A stretch of 63,654 bases of DNA, counting the filler, from Reticulomyxa filosa (taxonomy: Eukaryota; Protista; Foraminifera): the NCBI GenBank assembly GCA_000512085.1. It is 16 parts of 16 records of this genome, joined end to end, with 100 filler letters (N's around TTAATTAATTAA, not from the genome) between each part and the next. Parts side by side here need not be neighbours in the genome. Positions count along the whole stretch, not along the records: positions 6,491 to 14,813 come from ASPP01023896.1; positions 14,914 to 15,970 come from ASPP01022076.1; positions 16,071 to 18,493 come from ASPP01049436.1; positions 18,594 to 20,394 come from ASPP01039047.1; positions 20,495 to 21,870 come from ASPP01014960.1; positions 21,971 to 24,419 come from ASPP01040071.1; positions 24,520 to 33,667 come from ASPP01000774.1; 9 more parts are not named here. One strand, given 5' to 3'. Below the pieces are notes generated by a model. That model had not been told where the DNA came from, made no database searches, and saw only the letters and a list, made by a program, of their open reading frames with translations. Each line of letters opens with the position of its first letter. Within the stretch, counting starts at the first letter, position 1. Shown here in pieces: positions 12,718 to 26,472 of this stretch. A program made the translations under genes and the position numbers.

Positions 12718-14521
12718 CACTTCTGATTCCAGCGTTTCAACATTTGACATAATGAGCTTCACACTTGGTGACGCATTTTCAGTTAGCAGCAACGTTGAGT
12801 TCAAATACAAAAATTTACAATTATTTAATAATAATTGTTAACAAGTTAATGACAAACAGAAATCAGTTAGTAAAATTTGAAAAATGTGATAATATTGTGT
12901 TTTGACTTTTCATTAACAGGGTCACAATATCACAAAGGTTAATCTACTGATTGATGAAATCATTTTTTTTTGCAAATTTTTTTAAATCAGATATATTAGA
13001 ATCAATCATTTTATTATGTTTATGAAATTATTTAATAACTGAGAGCTGATTGGATTAGTACATTTTGATATATTTTCACACATTTTAGGATATTGATATA
13101 AAGTATAAACATAAATAAATATGTAAATTTTTTGGATTGCTGAATTATACTTGATAATTTGTGAATGTGATAAGCAAATTTGAATTAATACAAATACAAG
13201 ATAAGTGAAATTATAACAAAGTATGTTAGATGGAGAAATAAACAGTTATCAAAATTTACCAATAGAATATCAATTAAAAGACTATTTAAAGAATACGAAA
13301 TATTTTGTTAGAATGTGAAGTTGTAGATAATATACAATGAATATATTCAATATGCATTCTAACTGCAAAGTATATAAATAAAATATTTCAATAAACTACA
13401 AAAATAAATATAAATGATAATGTGTACAATAGATTATCAATTTGATAGATCGAATGAACTAACACAAAAAGATATACTAACATTTGGATGACAACATAAT
13501 TGTGATATTTGTGAATGAAAGTAACAAACTAGAACTAGAAATTGGTAGAACTGAATTTGTTTTCAAGATAAATAACTATTTTTAGAATTAATATTTCATA
13601 TAAAAGATATAACAATGATTGAAAGACAAACATTATAATAATTCAAGAATAATACATTATAGTATTCAAGTAAATGAAAGATTATATTGTTGCAAAAATA
13701 GCAAATTTAAAGCTGAAGTGGATCAAACTAAATCATTTCGGAAAATATATAGAAATGTTACATTAATGAATTTCTATTAATTTAATATATTCTTGAAAAG
13801 TATAACATAAAATATTATTTTTTTAAAATAGGAAATATGAATGTCAAATTCAAACAGAAAATACTGAATAAAGGTAAATAAATCATATATGCATAAAGTC
13901 AAATATAAAAATACATTAATTTTTTTTAGATTGTAGAATACTATAATATTGAAATTCTAAAAAAAAAGAAAATGACAAATAGTAAACCAGAAACTCACTA
14001 ACAAGGAATACAATACTAAAATTATAATTTATTAAAAAGTAATCAATAAACAACATTGTGTATATTCCATGTAAGATAAAAAAAAATTCATATTACAAAT
14101 TTATTATTAATATTAACTTAAAAAGTTTTATTTTGAAAGAGATTGTGCTTGGAAGTGTAAAGATAATTTGACATTATTAAATTTTGAAAGTTAAATCAAG
14201 CATTTTCAACGTCATTTCGTCTAAGAAAGTTTCCAAGATTTTTCAGGCTAAGATAGAATAAGTAATTTTTTGACTAGTAAAATTTTTTTTATAGTGATCT
14301 AAAGATTTTTATAGTATTTGAATTTTTGTGATATTATAACGTTTTCACTTTTGGCAATGTTTTGTTGTAATTCATTTTTGAGGCTCAGTCGGTTCATAAC
14401 TGTAATATGTGACTGTGATAAGTGGAAGTAGTACGAAACACACTAGATGATAAAAAGGCTTGTGAAGGCGATTGACTGTTGAAGCAAGGTATCTTTACCA
14501 TAATAAGCTATACTGCAAGCA

Positions 14522-14813
14522 ATGCTGGGACAAAATACCACAATGTTAACTGCACTTTCGAACCTATCTGGTGGCATTGGAAATGGATATGGATATGGAG
14601 TTGGAAATGGATCCAAAATAACGTCGGATAATGATATAGACGTCGACACAAATGGCACAAGGCGAATAGCCATAAAATTAAAGACGTCAGATGACGCATT
14701 AACGGATGATATCGCGAAGAAAGCAAAGCATCAATATTTGACGTTTCAAGTTGTATTACACAGCTTATGTATGCAACAAAACGATGAAAAAAAGGTTGAT
14801 GAAATCACATTTG
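14522..14813 (+). CDS. Hypothetical protein fragment truncated by contig end
   Basis: Open frame with Gly/Asn-rich start; no family recognised; stops lie just upstream. Confidence 0.3.
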
Positions 14814-15029
14814 NNNNNNNNNNNNNNNNNNNNNNNNNNNNNNNNNNNNNNNNNNNNTTAATTAATTAANNNNNNNNNNNNNNNNNNNNNNNNNNNNNNN
14901 NNNNNNNNNNNNNGCTGATGTGCTATTGCTTGAAAAACTTTTAGATATCATGCCTTGAAAACATTTAATGAAGGATTTAAAACATAAGAAATTAAGTGTT
15001 CAAATAGTTATTTGTTTGATTATTTTTTC

Positions 15030-15110
15030 CAATAATATGTACATATTGAGAATGGCAAAGGGAATGGGCAACTCCTTCAAAGTTTGAAAAGGGTGTCATA
15101 AGGTGCTGAA
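15030..15110 (-). pseudogene. Kelch-like family 5' remnant
   Basis: Frameshifted PFQTLKELPIP..SQYV, same family start as at 22680. Confidence 0.45.
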
Positions 15111-18100
15111 TTTTGTTTAGTTTGTTCAGATTCTCTTTTAGGAGAGTTTTGTGTTGTATTTCGGTTGCACATGTTGTTAATGTACTGAATTTTTTAAAGT
15201 TTTTATTTTTTGTTAAAAAAAAGGTGAACGTGACGGCCTCTTTGAGAAAATAAAAAACTAACAAAAGAGAAATTTTAAACTTTCGGCCGTGTAGGTAATA
15301 AGAAGTAATAATTATTTTGTTCTTTTATGTATTAAAAATATCCATTATGTAACTCTATCCTTAAAGTGTTAAATGGTGTTTATTTGTGCAAAAAATAAAA
15401 ATAATTAAGACCAAAGTCCAGATATTAAACGAAAGATAGTTAAATAATAAAACATTAGCTTTGTTATACTACTTTTCCAACTCTTGCTTTTCCATAGATA
15501 CTAATATAGAGCAGTTAACAAAAAGTAGCCGTGTTGTACGTGTCAGAGATTACGGACTGATTTATTGCGTCCTTTCAAAGGCAATGCAAGCTGTGAAGTC
15601 CTTACAATAAAAAATATAATACTTTCTGACTTGTAGTTTCAAGACAGAAAAAGAGGACGTTGCATCAAAACAGATACAAATTTATTCAAGTTGTACAAAA
15701 GGCATATTGCAAAATATGGAAGAATATATTTTTTGCATAATTTCGATAATTCAATTGATTAAATTACAACAGGATGTAGATTTAAGATATTTGAAAGTTC
15801 ATTTAATGTTGTGTACAATTCACACTTTGCTTATTATGTCATTGTGGAAATAAAATAACATAGAAAAGTGGAGACATTTACAAATACGGTAGATTGCAAA
15901 AAAAACTGCTATACCTAAATGGCACTAATGAAGAGAATCGATTTTCTCATAGAAAAATAAAGATTTAAACNNNNNNNNNNNNNNNNNNNNNNNNNNNNNN
16001 NNNNNNNNNNNNNNTTAATTAATTAANNNNNNNNNNNNNNNNNNNNNNNNNNNNNNNNNNNNNNNNNNNNATCGAAGTACAGTTTTATTTATCAAGGTCG
16101 TGCTTCTAGCTGAATTACATACCAATAAAATCACGTGTTTAATAAATTGAAATTGACCTAATTAAAATACATCAACATTGCCAATAGGAGAAGTAATAAA
16201 TGACAAATGATTATTGCTTTCACTTACTTTATATTTTGTTATCAATGTGTGATTTTTTTTGACAGATCAAATTTAATTTGTTCAATACTCACTTCAAACA
16301 AAGTTATTATTTGCCTTGGGTAATTGCATCGATCTTATATCTGATGATGATACAACTCCAATTCCCAAATAATTTTGAGCAAAAGATAATATTGTTGTTA
16401 AAAAAACAAAAGAAATTATTTTAATTTTGAATTTTATTTACTAATACCTTCTAAGTAGCCAAATTGAATAACTTTTTTTTCCATTCTGCATCAATATTTT
16501 ATCTTTGGATTGCTTCATGTCCAATTTCCTTTTATTTTTTCCATAAGATGGTCAGCTGCACGGTTATTCACTTTAGGTGCAACTAATGACTGGCTCAGTA
16601 CGCAAATACAAAGATAATTGTATTAGATCAAAAGATTATGAAGCTATCAATTAACGATTATCCAAAAATTAATATTGATCCTATGAAAAAATATTCACAT
16701 AAATTCAAGTAAAATGTATGCAAAAAACATTGCCAATAAGTTATATCGTTTTTATACGTCATTTGGTGCAAAAAGATTGAGAAACAGTTGATTTTACAAT
16801 TGATCATGTTAAACAAAACAATATGGTGAATTCAATGAAAAAACTATCAACATGTGACAATAAGTAGATCAAGGAAGGAAGATTTTGTCATATTCAATGT
16901 CGAAAGTTGGTGAATTGGGCAAAAGATACATTACAAAGACTGTACTGAACAACGTGAGATTGCTATAATGACTATGCAAAAGTATTGATAGATTTGCAAA
17001 GATTTGTGGCGTAGGTGCACCAATTTCTGTATTTGAATATCATGCTCTTGCACTCTTCGTAGGGGAATGCGACAGAGAGAAAAGACTGCTTATTTGCTTA
17101 TTGAAATGGCGGCACAGTTATTTCGATTTCTCCAAATTTCAAACAAAAATAAAGTCAAGAAATTGTGTGTTGTGCACCATATGTAATTTTGATATTTTAA
17201 TGACATTGACATAGCGAACGGATGCAAAGGTTTTGTCACTACATTACATGACCAGGCAATGACGCAATCTCCACGATATGCATTACAAACTTGATCGTAT
17301 GAAAGATAAAGCATTTTCCCATGCCCGGCAGCTACGGAACACTTGTTCTTTCTTTTGTTGAAATTTACTGTGATCCTACTTTTTCCATTTTTTGTTTTTT
17401 AATTGGAGCTTATTTTTGTTTTTATCTGTTAGCCTTTTTATTTGAGCAGGCTGAGATTAACTTGAAAAGAGTTTTGAAATGGAAAAACACCAACTTTTTT
17501 TATGCTTTAGCTATTGTGAATATATAAAACAAATTGCAACAAATTACATTTTCCAATTAACTCGGCATTGCTACAAATCATTTGCCACAAACTTTTTCTT
17601 AAAGTAGCTTTATTGCTCGTTTGATATCCTTCTGTTCAGCGTGTCCAGTAGGAACGGAGGGGGCAAACTGAGCAAAAAAAATTGATTGAAGACTTTTAGT
17701 TGTGACAGCAGCGTGAAATCCACCTTGGCGTTGGTGATTCCACATTTATTAAATGTGTTCACGGTTGTATAGTGCAAAAAATGAAAATGTGCAATTCAGC
17801 TGGAAGCGGACAAACACGTTTGTATCATTACGACAATATAAATGTATTTACAACATCAAGGAGCAACTCTATCAGCCACGTGTAGAATTTATAACATGTA
17901 AACTTGAGCAATATTCACAAACCAATAGCTTGATAACCGTATCGTTAGTGCAAATTTTCAATAAGTTCATGTCATCAAAGAACGAAAATATACGTATTCC
18001 TGGAACAAGCTACCAATCAACCCAAAGAAGTCCAATAAGAGCCTACATAACAAAATGCAGTCCATAAATATGTTCTCATCTACGTCGACAATCTCCTCAA

Positions 18101-19989
18101 CGTTCTATGAATTGGCCTTCAAATCAATATTATACAGGTAACTAACAGTGAGTAAAGGAAAAAAAAAATGTTCATTAAAAAAAAAAAGGTTACGTTTACG
18201 TATATCAGAGATAACAAGGAAGAGTATGTATTGCACAGATGATGAATTTGATTCAAAAGAGATTAAAAAAAAAAATTAACAAAAACAATAGTGCACTTGC
18301 AAATGACGAAGTGGAAGTGATGACGACACCACCATCGAATGAAGTATGCAAACGGTGTCAACAGTCATGAATGAGTAGGATATTCAAGACATTGTTTGCA
18401 ATCAATCGTTCCGGGTACCACATCGACGCGAGCGCAGGACTCAGCTGCAAATACTGTCTATTGTCGCAGCAAATTTGCCATTGCAACGTATCGNNNNNNN
18501 NNNNNNNNNNNNNNNNNNNNNNNNNNNNNNNNNNNNNTTAATTAATTAANNNNNNNNNNNNNNNNNNNNNNNNNNNNNNNNNNNNNNNNNNNNAAATGTA
18601 CGAAAAAGGTTTCCAAAATTTCCAATTCAGCAAAAAATTTTTGAATTGGGTGCGAATCATGACACCACAGCAACAGTGTCCATTATTTTTGCCTTTTTTT
18701 TTAAAAAAAAAAATTTATAGTCGAACTGTCTCTAGTTCAAAAAAAGAGGAGTTAGAATTTTTTTTTTAATGTTTCAAAACTTGTGGTGGAAACCCTGTTC
18801 GATGATCCATCAGAACCCACGATATTGACGTCCATTGTATATCATCAGTATTCAAATAGATTGGGACGGTGTTGTGATGTGTAATTTTGAAAAATTGAAT
18901 CCACCGTTTTCGTAACATACAGCAAATGATTCATTTTCAACAATAATCATCCAATACTGGAGATTGCCCGTCATATCGCATATGTAAAACGTTTCGTAGT
19001 GATTCAAATAGTCCAAATTCTCCTTATCTATTGCTACCTCACGGATCATTCGCAAGTACGAAGAAAGTTGTAATGGTATTAATCTGTATCGTCATCAGGT
19101 CACATCAAATGTGATATCAAAACTATATTTCAATTAAAGTAGTTTGCAGGAGGAAAAAAAATAGCACAATAATAATAACTTTTTTTAATAAATATTTCTA
19201 TCCACAATTTTCATGAAAATAATTTCCGTTCCAATCATATTTATATACGTTTACATCAGAATCAAGCAATAATTTTTCAAATTGTAGTCCCAACATTTAG
19301 AAACTTTTTTTCGATAAAAAACGTTTGCAATCAAGTGTGTCACAATCAATGGAGCAACTCATCGATTTTTTTTTACTTCCTTCAAAGACTTTACAATGAT
19401 GATTGACATATTTCGCCAATCGATTTCAAAATGTTCCAATCTTGAAAACTGATTTCTTTTCTTCTTGGTGTCGCGTGATATATGCATATATATATATATT
19501 TTCGGTACGCTTGATTTTCCATTGCCGTCTATTCGGATCATTCGTTTTTTATATGTTTATCTGGAGTATTTCTTTTTTTAGTTTCTCTCCAGTGGTCATT
19601 GACCACGCTAAAATGCGATCGACGACATGCACATGGATTGGTATACGTGACTCGACTCAAATTTTGAAATGTAGTTCATAAATACGATATGTGTGCTCAA
19701 ATAAATCATATTCACTAATCCAACGCAAATAATACTGAAAATTCTTTGTAGTTGTACATTGTGTTGGTCTTTTTCACATCTTAATCATTCCCAAGCAAAA
19801 CAAAAGATATATACGTTGTGTGATGGACAACAAAAAAAAATATAAAATAATTCAATATTTTTGAGAAAGTGTTTAACTCGTTGCTATAAATCTCTTCATT
19901 AGCATGTTGTAAGAGATGTCGCAAATAGTTTGCAATGCTAGTTATAACTGACCTTGTCATCATGGAAAAAAAGAGTGTTTCTTATGTGG

Positions 19990-20394
19990 TGGTGTTTGGA
20001 TGGCAAATCAGAATACATTCCAGGCGCCGCAAAGCATTGCGTGTCATCCACAGTTTTGTTGTGACCGTTAAGCGACCAATTATTCAACAAAATGAGAAAA
20101 ATTTCTCAGGTCGCCAAAGCTGACTGACTCCACAAACACAATTTTGCCAATGTCGCCGGTGTCAAGAATGACTCTATCACCGGCTTTCATGACCGTCACA
20201 GATGGCACATTCGAGAGGGGGAAGAACCTTTGCATACAGGCTAAGTTTGGATAATTACGTGAACACTTTGTGAGTGTATTTCGCCGTTACAAACAGTCCG
20301 TTGCCATGTCCCGTCAAAAACTTGTCTTTGCCATCATAGCCTTGAGCGAGTGGTTTATCCAACTTGATTTCAATGCTCTCATTTATATTGATTC
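19990..20394 (-). pseudogene. Tandem CAP-Gly domain gene remnant (frameshifted)
   Basis: IKLDKPLAQGYDGKDKFLTGHGNGLFV, then MKAGDRVILDTGDIGKIVFVESVSFG and LNNWSLNGHNKTVDDTQCFAAPG in different frames. Confidence 0.6.
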
Positions 20395-20669
20395 NNNNNN
20401 NNNNNNNNNNNNNNNNNNNNNNNNNNNNNNNNNNNNNNTTAATTAATTAANNNNNNNNNNNNNNNNNNNNNNNNNNNNNNNNNNNNNNNNNNNNCCCCCC
20501 CCTTTCCCTCTTTTTAATACTTGATGTATGCGAAAAAGACCAGATTTTTTGAGCACTAGTCGCTTTTTTTTTTTTTTGTTTAAAAAAAAAAAAGGAAGGA
20601 GGAAAAAAAAGAGTGCTGTAAGGGAGAGGACCGGGACAAAGGCCTGGGAAACTTGCTTGTGGTGATCCT

Positions 20670-20806
20670 ACCTCTTTGCTCTCGCGCAGTGAGTGGACTA
20701 GGCTCAAATTATTGGTGACGTCGGCTGCTACCCCTTTTTTTGGATTCTCGGTTCTGTCTTGCAACGGAACTTGAGCTTCACGCTGGTTTGGATGAGCTAG
20801 ATTCAT
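20670..20806 (-). CDS. Probable first exon of a gene running into the contig end
   Basis: MNLAHPNQREAQVPLQDRTENPKK...ESKE followed by a GTAGGA donor and a T-rich intron-like tract. Confidence 0.35.
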
Positions 20807-21331
20807 TCAAGACCAAAATGTCAAGCTTCGACGAAAAGCTGAAATTTTTGTTTTCCCGAGGAAGGAAAAATCACAAGGGAAAACAAACAAAAAAATGACA
20901 ATTAAAAGGGGGTTTTTAAAAAAAACTTTGTTTTTGTGGTTATGCTTCACATTTTCTCGTGTTGCGATTTAAATAGTAAGGATTGCCCTACGCTGTTTTT
21001 TTCAACTAAAAAAAGCAATTTTTAAAAACAAAATCCAACCAAATACGAATCACGCATTTTATCAACATTTTTTCGAATTCAGTTTTATTACTTAAAAATA
21101 CCAAAAAAAGGTAAAACAGAAGTGAAATCAGTAATTACGCTGGAAAATATAACTAGTAGATTAGCGAACAAAAGCAAAGTGTATCACAATCTCAAAAACC
21201 TGGCTGCAGAAGAAGGGGCTACTGTAGGAAAAGGGACGTAGCCAAAGAGATAAAAATATATGGCCATGTTTGCATCTTTGATATTTTTCATAACATGGTG
21301 TCTTTGTCTAACTTTAGGATTAGGTTTGGAA

Positions 21332-21804
21332 ATGCTCAACGTCGAGTCTAAGCTTCGTAGTGTTACTGGCTTTCAGTCAAAGTTTGGTTTTGTGGCGTTG
21401 GTTTGGATCTACAACATTCTCACACTGCAGTGGATGGGTCTCCGAGTTTTGTTACAAAAAAGGAGATACGCAAAAAGACAAAAAAAAAAAAAAAGAAAAG
21501 CTCACCACCTATACTCTTTTTTTCAATTTTGTCCAAATGTAAATAGGTTGGCAGTGCAAGAAAAGTATTTAAAGTAGAATGTTTCGTTACTCCTCTATTT
21601 CCTTATCACAGAAGCAAAAGGATGAGAAGAGGAGGGTCTGTGTCTCAACATATACATATGTGTGACACGAGAACAAATTTTCAAAGGTGTCTTCCTCTTC
21701 ACAACAAAACGCAACAGACCCTGAGGCATATGCGAACAAGCAAGAGAACAAATATGCAAAGGAGTTCAATTGTTTCCAAAGGGCACACCAAAACACATTA
21801 GAGC
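21332..21804 (+). CDS. MGST3: Microsomal glutathione S-transferase 3 (MAPEG family), partial; exons 21332-21445, 21547-21580, 21718-21804
   Basis: Spliced: FGFVALVWIYNILTLQWMGLR|VGSARKVFKVEY|PEAYANKQENKYAKEFNCFQRAHQNTLE, the MAPEG signature FNCxQRAHQNTLE. Confidence 0.88.
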
Positions 21805-21829
21805 GTACGTAATTTCAAAAAAATTCTAC

Positions 21830-21870
<41 letters not shown>

Positions 21871-22674
21871 NNNNNNNNNNNNNNNNNNNNNNNNNNNNNN
21901 NNNNNNNNNNNNNNTTAATTAATTAANNNNNNNNNNNNNNNNNNNNNNNNNNNNNNNNNNNNNNNNNNNNTTGAGCAGACATGTCAGAGGTGCTTTTTTT
22001 TTTTGAAGTGTTCTCGCAACCCCTTTTTTTTAGAACGAATATTTGGATACAAAAAATGGACATCCACTTGAAAATGATTGAATATTTTCATTTTCGACAA
22101 ATAGCCATAATTTTGAAATTGTTTAAAAATTCATTTGTTAAAATCTTGTTTGATTAGATGAATAATGATTTGCAGATTTGTTGGTTATTCCATCGAAATA
22201 TGGTCTTTTTAAGTTTGAGCTATAATTTCAATACGTATTACGTAAAAGTGTGATTAAAAATGTGTTTTTATGGAATTTATTCTGAGTTGATCAAGTTTTT
22301 AAGACAGCTCAGATTTGTTGATTTTGACACGACGAAAAAGTAAAAAAATAGACAGTTTAGCATTGTGCATGCTACATAATAATGTATTCGCAAATTAATT
22401 TCTCTAAAAAAGGGATTTACAAAAAAACTGGTGTGATATAGAATTTTTTTTATGTTTAAAGAACCAAAAAAATTTTACTCCAATCCTTTATTTTAAAATT
22501 GATGAAATTGTTTGAGTTTGTTTAATTTTAATTTAAATTTTCATTTATCCTTTTAAAAGTGATTTACAACTCATTTTTTAAAAACAAAATTAAATCTCTT
22601 TTTTTTTAAGACCATTCAAGGGATCATCTCACCCCTTTTTTAAACTTCTTCATAGCACGAGTAAGCAAAACACA

Positions 22675-22935
22675 ACTCTTTTTCAAAGTTTGAAGGAGTT
22701 GCCCACTTTATTTAAACAGTTCAATGTGTACTCCTCATTTGTGGAGGTTATTGTCAAAGAGTCTGTTGTTCTTGTCGTACTCTTAAAAATGAATACAAGT
22801 TGATCTGTGAATATCCAAGTGATGTTTATTAGATGGGCACTGTATAATGAAGTTGGTAGATAACAATAACAGCAAAGGTAGAAATGAAATCACTTTGTTG
22901 CCTTTTAATGGAGATACATATGATTGAGCTTTCTT
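22675..22935 (+). pseudogene. Kelch-like repeat family pseudogene
   Basis: FQSLKELPT..LLICGGYCQR..TLKNEYKLICEYPSDV..GHCIMKLVDNNNSKGRNEITLL with frameshifts and stops. Confidence 0.65.
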
Positions 22936-23399
22936 TTCCTGTCAAGAACGATGAAAGAGGTTCAATATGCAAAATAGAGTTAACAATACATATGATTTCT
23001 TTTCAATGAAGAAAAGGAATTTTTAATTTTTTGTAGTTTTAAGAATGTCTGAAAACAAAAAGATAACTCAATATTGAACTAAAAAGTTTTAACAAATGTT
23101 GAAATCTTAAGTCACATTGTTTTTTTATTGTAAAGAGGGAGTGAATTAATGAATCCCTCGATATATATGAAGAATGTTGCAACAATAAAAACACATTTGG
23201 CATCAAAAATATATAAAAGAAATAAATTTGAGAACTTAAACGAACAAATTCATTCAAAGACAAATTCTTTTCTATATCTTTTTCACAGAACAATAATTGT
23301 TTTGAATACCAAAAAATAGTAAGCTATTTGTTTTTTTTTTTTTTTTTAAATGAATGAATTATTTCATTCAAACAAATCACTTAAACATATTTTTTATGT

Positions 23400-23990
23400 T
23401 TGGAAAAATAATATCATCCCCAAATACAAATACGATTATTGTTTGGATCATAACACAAGTTAACACTATCTTTTTTAATTGCAGAAATGTAAGACATGAT
23501 ATTTAACTATCTTCTTTAATTGTATGCAATTCATTTTTATTTGATCAAATATATCAAAAACAAATTGTTTTATCAATTGATCCAGAACATATTACATTTG
23601 AATTACCACCAAATTCATTATTCTTTATTACAAATGGTGAATATTCAACACCCCATACAACATCTATATGTCCACTAAACACTTGAATTTGTTGACCTGA
23701 TCGAATATCTCATAAACGAACACTTTTTTCATATGATCCAGACAATATTGTATTTATTAATTCATTTAACAACAAGTTTGTCAAAAGCATGAATTCATCC
23801 AAATTGAACATGTGATACTCGAATCCAATGTTAGATAATGACTTGAATATTTTCTTCTAACTAATTGTATCACAAACAAGATATAACAAAAACTAGCTTT
23901 CTGAAAGATTGAAATGTAGTTTGAAGTTTGCTTTTTGTTACTAACAGTAGTCAGTCTTTTAAGTTCTCTTCTTTTCTCCTGATATCGTTA
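23400..23990 (-). pseudogene. WD40-repeat pseudogene
   Basis: NTILSGSYEKSVRL*DIRSGQQIQVFSGHIDVVWGVEYSPF..NVICSGSIDKTICF*; premature stops. Confidence 0.8.
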
Positions 23991-24519
23991 TTAGATGTTG
24001 CAAGAAGAAAAACTAGTTTGTGATATATAACCTAGTGCAGTTAGAGTATTATTTGCTTTCATTTTTTATAAAATAACAAAATAGTTTAAACATTATGGCA
24101 TTATAAATGCAAAAAAATATTTATTTTTATTAAGAAAATCGTTTTGTTTTTTTTGACGAAAGAGATAATACATTTTATCGTGGCGATTAAATAAAATATG
24201 CTACAAACAAAAAAGACTATCCTGAAACAAAAGTAATACTATAATTTTTTACTTACTAATGCGTGAGATGTTTATAAAACGAAGAAATGATATCAATAAT
24301 TTATATCCAATTTAATTGTATTTTTGTTATGAAAAAGTATTGACGAAGATATGGTTATGATATAAATCTGCAGTTTACATAATAAACAAAAAATATGCGC
24401 AAGTATTTTCACTTCTGCANNNNNNNNNNNNNNNNNNNNNNNNNNNNNNNNNNNNNNNNNNNNTTAATTAATTAANNNNNNNNNNNNNNNNNNNNNNNNN
24501 NNNNNNNNNNNNNNNNNNN

Positions 24520-24735
24520 GTGCCATTTAGGTATGGCAGTTTTTTTTGCAATCTACTGTAGTAGAAAATTTGATAATACTACAGAAAATAACGAAGACGG
24601 AGGCATAAGATGTATTGAATTTGTGGCATTTAATGGTAATGTAAAAAATAAAAAACAAGATATTGATGACATAATCATTATTTGTGCTATGGAACATTGA
24701 ATGGTCCGTTTGTATGAGAAGATAAAAATCTTCTG
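24520..24735 (+). pseudogene. 3' remnant of a WD40-family gene
   Basis: NEDGGIRCIEFVAF...; resembles the C-terminal blade of the same family; disrupted. Confidence 0.4.
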
Positions 24736-25562
24736 AAGTGAATTAAGATAGCAAATATCATTTTCACTTTGATTTACTCTTACCTTATTACTCTCAAAGG
24801 TACTCTTAACAAACTTGTTCATCAATTATTAATGAGATTTGGTATGATTGAGATATCCTTTTTTAAAAACAAAATAAAATAGTGTATATTTCAAAAAAAG
24901 GAATATTTCCAATATCTATTTCTATAGGTTAATATCATAATATTTCCTACTTTCAAATTATATCATCTACGACTACACGTTTTTAAGCCAGCACTGTTAT
25001 GATTTGAACTTACTAAACATTTTCATACGAGCAAAACCCAAAGAAAACAAGCAAATACATTTTGTTTCAAGTGTTTTGGTTATCTTGTATGATCAATAAA
25101 AGATTATCAGCAAAAAAAAAGGAGAAAAAAACTGGAGAGAACTAGAATTGGAATGGCTCCATTTTCTCTTAACCTCATGATGATCGATTGTAGAAAATAA
25201 GAGAAATGAAAACGACATTTGGTTCACATATGCACTCTCATTTGTCGCACTATTGAAGCAGATACAATTGAGATTGTTTTTTAAATTTTATAATCGATAT
25301 AACTTTTATTGTTGTCACTCAATACTTGAACAGACATCTGATAGAGTTTCTTTGTAAGTGGTAAATAACAACATCATATGAAAAATTTATATTAAAATTG
25401 ATCGTGATAAAAATTTATTTACCATTTATCATTTATCGACATTAACTAATTGGAAGAAATATTGGTCAATTGTCTCTTTCAAAATATTACTTGTATAGGA
25501 AGGAGAAGCAGTGCAAGCTCTTCGAATTTAGTGTGAAGAGATTTATCAAAAGTTTTAAAGCG

Positions 25563-26436
25563 TTAAAGTTTTGTGTGTAGTAAGAGTTTCTTGTGCTGTA
25601 AATATTGAAAAATGGACTGTCCATCAACAACAAGAACGCCATTATTGTTTGGATGCCTCCAACATTTAATTGCAGGTTTTAAAAAGTCCCTCATAAACAG
25701 TATCAAATATTCTTGATTCATTCTTTTACCTGTGGCACTGCCTAGACCACATTCAGTAACCACTCTTAAATCCCTTGGCCTCTGAAGTTCATGATCATAA
25801 ACGTACTCCATATACTCTTTATCAATTACATACTCCAAGGCAACTGCGCAAGTTCCCAAGTCAAATGAATGGACATCGACAAGCACATCTATCCAGATAA
25901 AAAAAAATTTTTTTTTTTAAAAAAAACAGACAAAAAAACAAAAAAAACATAACAAGGATCAAAGCTAAGATTATTGTCGATTGACACTTGCGAAGACGAC
26001 TCATCACGAGCCCAATGAGTGAACAAAGCAAGAGTGTGATAACAATAGTGATAATACTCCCTCGCTCGATCGGTTTGATTGAACTCGAACAAGTGTCGAA
26101 TGATGCGCTGGGCGAAAGCAAATGTGATTGGAGTGGTCTGTGCAAAGATGGATGGGGGTAATGGCTCTTGCCCACTTTTGAACCGTTGCCACTGGTCCGT
26201 GTCGTCTAACGACAAAGGAGAAGAGACAGTCCGGTCAGAGCGTGCACAATAATCATAATAATACATTTGAAAAAGAAACCGACTCCATAGTGTCACACTT
26301 CCAATCGTGGCGCAGCCTTGCAACAGCGACATCCACGTCCATACATTGGGTACGCTGCACTGTGCCTTTCGCATTTCATTGCGAACCCACTTGACACAAT
26401 CCATCCAGATTTTCTATATTTCAAATGGATAGTACG

Positions 26437-26472
<36 letters not shown>

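Noticed and set aside
12840-14440. AT-rich tract with faint coding-like patches
   Set aside because: Frequent stops in all frames and no motif I can name with confidence.
20610-20840. GC-rich island as a structured ncRNA (RNase P/MRP, SRP)
   Set aside because: No conserved boxes found; better explained as a short coding exon on the minus strand.
23550-23720. TGA at Trp positions suggesting a variant genetic code
   Set aside because: Intact genes use TGG for Trp throughout, and these remnants also carry frameshifts and deletions; pseudogene decay explains it.
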